Source: a virus
Taxonomy: Duplodnaviria > Caudoviricetes
DNA: 40,376 bases
Direction: 5' to 3' (one strand)
Virus record (IMG/VR): IMGVR_UViG_3300031519_000066
Coordinates: 1-40,376 of that record
The translations under genes were made by a program, and so were the position numbers. Positions 8,274-16,300 of this stretch are shown here, one piece after another. Every line of letters begins with the position of its first letter. The first letter of the stretch is position 1. The notes beneath the pieces are model-generated. The model was not told the origin of the DNA and ran no database searches. It was given only the letters and a program-made list of their open reading frames with translations.

Positions 8274-9714
8274 TGTTCAGTATTGTAACATCATCGACCT
8301 GTGTCTGTCTATCATGTTCACGCCAAATACCAAAAAATTTCTCGCCTATGGACAATAGTTTCTGTTTCTCATCTATCTCGAAGTAGTCAGTGAACTCTAT
8401 ACCATTGATGATGATTCTCCTGAATTCAGAACCAAATACATAAACTATGTGTTCATCATCTCCCAATGATTTACCATGCTTACTGTCTGCCACCCTCGTC
8501 CATGTGCCATCTTCCTTGACCATGTGTGTGCCTGAAACCTTGATACCTTTGTACTCAAACAGATCATCAATCAAGAACTTACCTGTTGCGAATACAAATC
8601 CGCCGACTGCCACTTGATCCCTGATGTCCACCTGCTCCACTGCCTTGAATGTGCCATCTGCCATGGTGATCATGGTTCCTGCTATGAAGCAACCGCCGCC
8701 ACCTGATCCGCCTGTGCCTGAACTTGTGTTACCATTTGTGTTTCCAAACCCGGCCGCTGTTGATATGAAAGTGAGACCTGAGTTGAACAGTGCCTTCCAG
8801 GCTCCTGCTACTTTAACGTAAGCGGCTGTGACCTGTTTCCATGCCCCAGATACCTTGTAGTACATGTTGTTTGTGCTTTTCCATGCCCCTGATACTTTGT
8901 AGTTTGCCTGTACTCCTATAGTGAATACAACAACTGCCAATCCGTTCCCGGCCGAGCCTGCACTTCCGCCTGATCCTACTGCCGCACCTGAATCATAATA
9001 TTGGGTGCCACTGATCTCCAGTGTCGTTACCCCTGGGGTAACCCCAGAACCGGCTGAACTTGATCCGCCCGCTGGTACTAGATCCGATCCTGCGTAACCA
9101 CCGGTACCACCGTTGTCACCACTTCCACCGTTTCCGCCCTTGCCGCCATCTGCTCCACCACCTCCAGCTCCGCCACCACCACCGTCTCCGGAGTGATCCG
9201 CACCGTCCTCTCCCAGTGTTCCTGGTGATGCCGCTGTTGCTGAGTTCGTTGAGATTCCTGCTGTTCCGTTTGAACCTAGTCCTGCTCCAGCACCTCCACC
9301 ACCGCCTCCGGCTACTGCGACTGCTGATCCGTTTATGAACAGTGTTGTGGCCCCGCCACCTCCGCCACCTGCTCCTGAGTAAGGTTGTGGTCCTGCGTCA
9401 CCACCTTGGCCACCTGAATAATCTGTCTTTCCTTTACCATTGGTTCCACCTGGTGCACCTCCACCAGATCCGCCACCTGCTCCACCACCACCAACCGCTA
9501 CTTCAAGGGTATGGCCTGCGTTTGCTGTTACTGAATAACTTGTTTTTGCGACATAGTGTCCTGCTGTGCCTGATCCTCCTGGACCACCTGCATCTGAGCC
9601 ACCGCCTGCTCCTGCTCCACCCCATAGGTACATGTCTATTGTTGTTGTGCCCGCTGGTATGGTCACTTGCTCTAGTGTTCCTGAGTATTGGAATTTTTGT
9701 ATTACTGTTGGCAC
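8263..9714 (-). CDS. Glycine-rich (polyglycine II) adhesin-like virion protein with C-terminal Hint domain
   Basis: GTG start; WGGAGAGG and AVAGGGGGG glycine blocks; three KV(S/A)GAWK repeats; GGGG|CFIAGTMITMADG (Cys342, codon 8689-8691) and VSGTH (block B His). Confidence 0.85.
   Translation of the reverse strand: MPTVIQKFQYSGTLEQVTIPAGTTTIDMYLWGGAGAGGGSDAGGPGGSGTAGHYVAKTSYSVTANAGHTLEVAVGGGGAGGGSGGGAPGGTNGKGKTDYSGGQGGDAGPQPYSGAGGGGGGATTLFINGSAVAVAGGGGGGAGAGLGSNGTAGISTNSATAASPGTLGEDGADHSGDGGGGGAGGGGADGGKGGNGGSGDNGGTGGYAGSDLVPAGGSSSAGSGVTPGVTTLEISGTQYYDSGAAVGSGGSAGSAGNGLAVVVFTIGVQANYKVSGAWKSTNNMYYKVSGAWKQVTAAYVKVAGAWKALFNSGLTFISTAAGFGNTNGNTSSGTGGSGGGGCFIAGTMITMADGTFKAVEQVDIRDQVAVGGFVFATGKFLIDDLFEYKGIKVSGTHMVKEDGTWTRVADSKHGKSLGDDEHIVYVFGSEFRRIIINGIEFTDYFEIDEKQKLLSIGEKFFGIWREHDRQTQVDDVTILNNDR
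8790..8907 (-). repeat. Three tandem 14-aa repeats, NYKVSGAWK / YYKVSGAWK / YVKVAGAWK
   Basis: Visible in the protein and as 42-nt-periodic DNA (ccatgcccc.gatac.ttgtagt). Confidence 0.85.
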
Positions 9715-9718
9715 GGGA

Positions 9719-11122
9719 TTATGCCTCCCTTACAAAAAAGAAGTCTCCGTTCACGCTTCCTGAATCGTTGCTCCCGTCTGGTGCCGCTGTGGCTACGAAT
9801 TTTGCCGAACCGCCCCATAGGTTTCCAAATGTTGCCACCTGTCCTATAGTCGGAACGCTCACACTTGAAGTGTCCGATGTTGTTATCGCTGATCCCACTG
9901 CCGCCAAACTGACATTTGTCACTGTCACCAGTCCTGCCGCTGTTGTTTTCAATACCGCTGATTTAGTAGCATTACCGTCTACCACTGCATCTGCTAATCT
10001 TATAACCTGTGAATATGATTGTCCGTGTCCTGCTGACCAGAAATTCTCTGAAACGTCATAGAACATCCTAGCGTCGTCCGTGTCTGACGTTTCAACTATA
10101 AGTCCTGCATCTGCTTCTGAACCACCTGCGTTCACTTTCAAGAAAGTGTCTGAGTGTTGTACTATGTTGGATGATGTGTAGTTGTATGCACCACTCACAT
10201 TTAAATTTCCTACTATCGTAAGATCACCAGTGATGTCTACACCACCATCTGCACCTGTCAATTGTAAAGGTGTTTTTGTTGTACCATTATCGTTTACTGT
10301 GAATTTTAAATCCTTGTCTTCTGAAGTCTGTGCTATCGTCACGTCGTTGCTTGAAACGGTCACTGTCAGTTCCTGTGCTCCACCAACTATCAATCCTGCA
10401 TCTGCATCTATTGTTAATGCACCTGTCGTGGTGTCTGCCGCATCTGCCCTCAGGAAGTTCCCACCTGCGATTACTGTGCTGGAAGTGTTTGACGTTCCTG
10501 TTACATTAACAAACGATGCCTGTGTGTTTGTGCCATCAAACACAGCACCAAGTGTTGTGTTCAATGTGATTCCTGCCTTGATTGCCGCGAAACCTGTCTG
10601 TGTCACACTAGGTGTGAAGTCTTCTTTTGATAATATTGCTACTCTTGTGTTGCCTGCATACATTGAAGAAACAACTTTGTTTCCTCCTGAACTTGCTAGT
10701 GTTTCAATTTTCCAACCTGAAAGTGTCTGTCCTGCTGTGTAAACTGGTCCAACCAGTTGGAATGCTGATCCTGTATGAACATAAAGTTGATCATCATCCG
10801 AGTCATGCCAAAGGTCACCGGCCGAAGGATTAGTAGGTGCTGAATTTTGTGATTTTGCTCCACCTGTTGGTTTGAAACTTGTTCCATCATAAACTTTCAG
10901 TTGTGATACAGCAGTATCCATCCAAAGTTCACCTGTCAAAGGTGCCCCTGGTTGTGACGTTGATGCGCCGTTCTCTAGCAGTTTAACAAGGTTCTCATTT
11001 AGGCCCTCACCAAACCCTGAATAGCTCTTTCCAAAAAGCTGTACGGAAGTGGTGTTATCCACTGTACCATCTGTGATAGTAGTGATTACTGTTCCGTCTG
11101 TTTTGTTGATTGTGTACGCCAT
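9719..11122 (-). CDS. Tail fibre paralogue lacking the G2 chaperone
   Basis: MAYTINKTDG..LFGKSYSGFGE..ENLVKLLEN..GELWMD; ends APDGSND..NGDFFFVREA. Confidence 0.8.
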   Translation of the reverse strand: MAYTINKTDGTVITTITDGTVDNTTSVQLFGKSYSGFGEGLNENLVKLLENGASTSQPGAPLTGELWMDTAVSQLKVYDGTSFKPTGGAKSQNSAPTNPSAGDLWHDSDDDQLYVHTGSAFQLVGPVYTAGQTLSGWKIETLASSGGNKVVSSMYAGNTRVAILSKEDFTPSVTQTGFAAIKAGITLNTTLGAVFDGTNTQASFVNVTGTSNTSSTVIAGGNFLRADAADTTTGALTIDADAGLIVGGAQELTVTVSSNDVTIAQTSEDKDLKFTVNDNGTTKTPLQLTGADGGVDITGDLTIVGNLNVSGAYNYTSSNIVQHSDTFLKVNAGGSEADAGLIVETSDTDDARMFYDVSENFWSAGHGQSYSQVIRLADAVVDGNATKSAVLKTTAAGLVTVTNVSLAAVGSAITTSDTSSVSVPTIGQVATFGNLWGGSAKFVATAAPDGSNDSGSVNGDFFFVREA

Positions 11123-11128
11123 ATACTA

Positions 11129-11136
11129 TATTTATT
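11129..11136 (-). promoter_or_regulatory. Late promoter AATAAATA, 6 nt before ATG
   Basis: CAATAAATA-TAGTAT-ATG; overlaps the upstream TAA; no SD. Confidence 0.6.
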
Positions 11137-12640
11137 GTCTTCCAGCCACAATGTTAATCGTGCCTATTTCGGTTGAATTGTATTCTTCCAGTGCTTTCCC
11201 TATCACTGTGCCCATTGAAGGATTCGTTCCTTTCCTGGCAACTCCTGGATGCTGTGAGTGTGTGACCAGCATGTCTCCCTTGCTGATCTGTCCAACTACT
11301 TTACATGGTACTTTACCTTGTAATGCTACTGCTAGACCTGTTGCTTTACTATTCATTAGGTACGCCGGATCACCGGATATAACTCCTGCTACCCTTGGAT
11401 CTGCACCCATGCTCGAAACTGTAATTTCTTTGTCTCCACCAAATATCACAACTGTGCCCACTTCATACTCCGAGTCGGCTTCATATATCTCAGCCAAGTC
11501 AGCATACTGTGCCGATGTTGCTTTGGCATGTACTGTGTTGTATCCCATGCTTGCCGACCCAACATCATACGTGGCGTCTGTGTCTGGCAGTATTGTCTTT
11601 GTCGTAAGTGTTCCTGAGAATGTCGTTGCACCCAGACTGCTGGTGCCTGATCCTGCTATATTTCCTGTTACATTTCCTGTGACTGCACCTGTCAGTGGTC
11701 CTGCGAATGCTGTTGCTGTAACTGTGCCTGCAACCTGTAATTTTGTGCTTGGTGTCGTTGTTCCTATTCCAACATAAGATAATGAACCATCCATGGTCAC
11801 AAGAGTGGTTGTTACCCCGCCATCGTTGACCTTGAACGTTATGTCCGAGTCTGCTATCACATTTGAAACAATTACCCCTGTGCTGTCTACTGTTATTGAT
11901 AGGTCACTGTCTGCACCCACCTGTAAACCACCATCGTTCACTACCCCAAATGTTCCTGATGTCGTGCCATTTGCGTTTGACTTCATGAACGTGGATGCCA
12001 ATGCACCACCTAACTTATCAGAGTCCGTTGCCGTGCCCTGGAACTTAACATCTGATATTGCAGTTGTGAGTGTGATGCCTTTCTTGACTGTTGCGAATCC
12101 TGTGATGCTTGTCTTTGGTGTGAAAGTGTCTTCTGATATGGTTGCAATCAGGTTACCGTCATTATACCATTTTGTGATGTTCTGTGTCGCATCAGTTGAA
12201 TCAAGAAGTGAATCGTATATGAACCCATTCGTGTTTCCTGTTGTACTTGGTGGACCTACCAGTATCGATGATGATCCGTTGTAGTAGTACATCTGCCCTG
12301 TGTCTGAGTCTATCCATAGATCTCCCTGTGCAGGGGCCGTGGGTTCCGATGATTGGTACGGGACGTTTCCGCCCGACGGTACGAATGTTGAACCTGTGTA
12401 TATTTTCAGTCTCGACGCTGATGTATCATACCAGAGCTGTCCCTGTACGGGTTTAGTTGGTGCTGTGGTATTTGCGAAGTTTTCCATCAATGCTAGGAAG
12501 TTCTCCGCGATCACTTCACCGTAACCGGCATATCCTTTTCCAACAAAACTTAAATCAGTCTGTGTGTTTACAACACCATCCTGTACCGTGTACTGGTTCG
12601 GTGATGCCGCACTGTTTGTCTTGTTTACTGTGTATGCCAT
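11132..12640 (-). CDS. Tail fibre paralogue with C-terminal peptidase G2-like chaperone
   Basis: MAYTVNKT..FVGKGYAGYGE..ENF..GQLWYD; VGIGTTTP fibre motif; ADLAEIY..GVIS..ALQGKVPCKV. Confidence 0.8.
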   Translation of the reverse strand: MAYTVNKTNSAASPNQYTVQDGVVNTQTDLSFVGKGYAGYGEVIAENFLALMENFANTTAPTKPVQGQLWYDTSASRLKIYTGSTFVPSGGNVPYQSSEPTAPAQGDLWIDSDTGQMYYYNGSSSILVGPPSTTGNTNGFIYDSLLDSTDATQNITKWYNDGNLIATISEDTFTPKTSITGFATVKKGITLTTAISDVKFQGTATDSDKLGGALASTFMKSNANGTTSGTFGVVNDGGLQVGADSDLSITVDSTGVIVSNVIADSDITFKVNDGGVTTTLVTMDGSLSYVGIGTTTPSTKLQVAGTVTATAFAGPLTGAVTGNVTGNIAGSGTSSLGATTFSGTLTTKTILPDTDATYDVGSASMGYNTVHAKATSAQYADLAEIYEADSEYEVGTVVIFGGDKEITVSSMGADPRVAGVISGDPAYLMNSKATGLAVALQGKVPCKVVGQISKGDMLVTHSQHPGVARKGTNPSMGTVIGKALEEYNSTEIGTINIVAGRQ

Positions 12641-12643
12641 TTA

Positions 12644-13369
12644 CTAGTATCCTGTGTTACTGCCTGAAGTCGTTCCACTCACTGTGTTTGAAGTTGACAG
12701 TGCCGTTGAACTCGTTTCAGTGAATGTCGTTAATGATTGTATCCTTAGAGTGTAGTCAATCTGTATCAGCCTGTTAAGAGATTTCTGTACTGGATGGAAT
12801 ATGACGTGTGTCAACAGTTTGTTAGTTGAACCGTTCTCTGTTCCTTCCCAACCTTTCAATCCCAGTTCGTCAAACACATACTCACCATTGAAGTCTGTCG
12901 TGTTGTCAAACGCCGCCTGTCCTGTGGGCTCACCGTAGTCCAGTGTACAGGTGCAAACGATGTCAGTGTACTTGTTACCTGCTGTGTGTCTCACTTCCAT
13001 CTTGTTCCTTGTGGCATCCTTATTAGTGGCAGAGTTGTCATCTATCACTTTGTAATATGTCTGGTTGTACAGTGTGGCATTTGTACCTGTAGAGTTTGGT
13101 GTCAGGTATGTGATTATACCTGTTGGATCAACAGTTGTACCACCATTACCAAATGACATCTCATGCACGAAGCCTGTTGTCTTGTTTGCTAGTGAATTAG
13201 CCAGTGCCTGTGACATGTTTTCATAGTGGATTGCATTTCTTTTGTCCACCATTACTTCGCCTGATTCCGGATCAAATATCTTGATGTGTCCTTCTATCAT
13301 AACTCCGCTCTGATCCTGAGGTTTTTTATTCTCTTCTTTTGTTTCTTGTGGTTTGTTGTCCTGTGTCAT
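12644..13369 (-). CDS. Baseplate protein (positional gp8-like / fibre-attachment protein)
   Basis: GHIKI..KRNAIH, FGNGG, FDELGL, LLTHVIFHPVQKSLNR..IDYTLRI; lies between the giant wedge and the fibres. Confidence 0.6.
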   Translation of the reverse strand: MTQDNKPQETKEENKKPQDQSGVMIEGHIKIFDPESGEVMVDKRNAIHYENMSQALANSLANKTTGFVHEMSFGNGGTTVDPTGIITYLTPNSTGTNATLYNQTYYKVIDDNSATNKDATRNKMEVRHTAGNKYTDIVCTCTLDYGEPTGQAAFDNTTDFNGEYVFDELGLKGWEGTENGSTNKLLTHVIFHPVQKSLNRLIQIDYTLRIQSLTTFTETSSTALSTSNTVSGTTSGSNTGY

Positions 13370-13375
13370 CTAGTG

Positions 13376-13383
13376 TATTTATT
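13376..13383 (-). promoter_or_regulatory. Late promoter AATAAATA, 6 nt before ATG
   Basis: GAATAAATA-CACTAG-ATG; overlaps the upstream TAA; no SD. Confidence 0.6.
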
Positions 13384-16300
13384 CAGGTGCGTTTGTTGGC
13401 TCATTAGCTATGAATTTAGCCTGAGCAGTAGTAGACGCTTGTAAGCCCTTGCCGTCCGCTGGATTGCCGTCTAATGCCGTATACCAAACCTGTCCTTTCT
13501 TGTGTAAGATTTTAACCTGTGTTCCGTCAGCCGTAGCAGTGCTTAAAGTGACTGCCGTGCTAGATCCGTCCACAGAGTAGTTGATAGTTGATCCATCCTC
13601 GCTAGTGAGCAACAATCGTTGGCCACCAATGAATATGTCTAACTCACTAGCGGATGATGGGGCTTGTGATAGTGCGAAAATAACAGTGCTACCGTCACCT
13701 GTGAAGGTGTTGGTGTACACTGTGTCCGCATAAGGTATAGTTTGAGTTCCGCTGGCATCTACCACTAGTGTGCCATCGCTATGGTCCTTAATTCCTGTTC
13801 CAAGTGTTCCACGTCTAAGTTGTCCCAACGTGTTACCTGATTTTGTAAAGTATTCTATTCTTTCCTTGTCTACAAAGACCACACCCGGCATGTTGTTTGC
13901 CGCATTGGGTTCTGGTAATGCGGTCCCATCCTTGACCTGCATTGTCTGTGTTCCTTCTGTCAGTTCATCAACCAGTTCCGTGGTTGATGTTTTGCTGATA
14001 CGTTTGTAGAATGTTCTGTTCAGCATGTCCTTGAATATCCTGAATCCTGTGGCACCCGATGCAGATTCTACTGCGAAGTACATCACATCCAGTCTGTCTG
14101 ATGATGTTATCGTCTGGCCAACAAATGTGATCGTGTTACCTGTCATTGTGAAATCATGATTCTGTATCTGTTGTACCCCGTTCAACCAGACATAAGTGTA
14201 TCCTGCATTCAGTGGATCAAACCTTAAACTGAATACGCCTGATGACCTACCTTCCAACACTTCTCTTCTCAATTTCATTCCCAGTGCGTTATTGAAAGTG
14301 GTCACTGACAACACATCATTCTCACTCAATTGATATCCCAGTGTACTTGAATCTGCATCTATCTGTGCAACATCTAAGATTATATCGTTGCCTTCGTTGT
14401 AATATTGGTTGTCCACTAATGTTGAAATACATATCACGTCAGTTGCAGTTGGCACCGATGCTGTTACGAATTCAACATTCTGGTTTGAAACGTCTACAGT
14501 GAAATCACTGTTCAATATTTTTTGAACACCGTTAACAAACACTTCCACTTGTGAGGCACTGGTTATAATTTTTGCAGGATCAATAGTTGATTCATCTCCG
14601 AGACCTGATGAAATCACAGCGTAGCTGTAAGTACTGCCATCACCTGTGTAGTAAGTGTTGTCTGGACCTCTCAACATCTTGCCGTTCACTTCAATAATAG
14701 TTAAGCCTGATAATGGGCCTATCGCTCCTGGCGGATAAGTTAAAGTGTATCTGTTCGTTGAACCATCATATGTAATTTTTTCATTTCTTATGCTAGCGAA
14801 ACTTCGTGTGCTTGTGGAAGACTTGTTGAATCCTGCAATCTGCACAAATGCATCTGCCGCCGGCGCAGAACTGAATGTAACTGTCACTGCATTGGCAGTG
14901 GTCGTTGTTGTGAATGCTGTTGTTGGTACACCATCAATAGTGATGTACATGTCAGACACTGTTGAATCTAGATTGAACTCGCCCCTGGTCGATGTTGTGA
15001 ACGTAACTGTGCTTCCATCACCTGTGTATTGATCCAGAACTCTGTAATTTTCTCCACTTATCGCAAAGACTCTAGTAGATACCACACTGTTCACTGCCGG
15101 TGCTGACGTGAATGTTATTGTTTTGTTTGCAACATCAACCGTGTAGTCCGTTGTTAATTTTTTGCCCGTACCGTTTACTGAAACTGTTACCGATCCCAGT
15201 GTTCCTGGATAGTCTCCTATGCTGAATGTTAATGTAGTTCCATCACCTCTGTGATTCTTGCTAGATATAAATGGTACTCCTGATTCTGGAGATGTGTAAA
15301 CTTTTATGTCCAAGGTGTCAAATAACTGACCAGGTACTGTCTCTTCCGGTGCATAGCTGGTTTCTGGTGATACGAAACCATCACCTTCCAGTAATATGTC
15401 GCTCGGTGCTGATCCTATCGCAGAACCAAACAGTCCGCCCTTGATTATCGAGTCTAGTGTCCTGTCGTCTGTGGGAGTCAGTACACCATCATCGTCAAAT
15501 GGTATGAACTCCACCAATGCCCCTGCATCTGGTACAACCGATATCGTGAATGCTGTTGTTGATCCATCACCTCTGAATACACCATCTAATTTTTTCCTCG
15601 TGCTGTCACCCGATGTCACGTATACCTGGTACACGTCACTCACACTTGGTGCTGGTGTGATAGTGAAAGTTCCTGTCGTTCCGTCTGCACTGAAGGATTT
15701 GACCCTGGACTCACCGTAGTTGTCCCATGGGAAGTCATACCAACCCGACTTGTCCCATCCTGCCTCTTGTGAGAACAGCAGTCCCGTCACCATTGTTCCA
15801 CCGTAGTCAACTCCTGACATGACCTGTGACAGTTCGTTACCTGGCATTCCAGATACTGGTGTGTAGAAACCTTTGGTCCTGTCCGCGGCCGTTAATCCTG
15901 TTTCGTCACCGTATACTTTGTATAAATCGCCTATGTTGTCATCAAAATCTGTTGTTGCAGTAAAGGCACTTGTTGTTTTGTATAATTGGTTTTTGTGTCT
16001 GATCAGTTGTCCGTATACGTAGCCTGTGGACGCTGTCCAGTCAACCACACTTGATGTGCTTGACACCCTGTCAAATTTTATTGTTGTATCTATGTCTCTC
16101 ACAAGATCATTGTTTATATTCGCATATGCTCTCGCAGTGTCCGATGGGGTTGATCCATCATCTGCTCCGCCAATGATCACAACCATTGGTGTTGAAGTGT
16201 AGTTCGCACCAATGCCTGTCACAGTGATCTTTGTAACTGTACCACCAACGACTGTTGCCGTGGCAGTGGCCGCTGTCGTGGTTGGTGTTGTGTACATCTT

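Noticed and set aside
8263-8691. Mobile intein or homing element
   Set aside because: No endonuclease domain, no terminal His-Asn and no C-extein; treated as a Hint autoprocessing domain.
8940-9630. CCA/CCG-rich repeats as CRISPR, VNTR or collagen
   Set aside because: They encode glycine runs; there is no constant repeat-spacer structure and no sustained Gly-X-Y periodicity.
4717-12640. Diversity-generating retroelement or invertible shufflon among the fibres
   Set aside because: No reverse transcriptase or recombinase, and no near-identical template/variable repeat pair or inverted crossover sites noticed.
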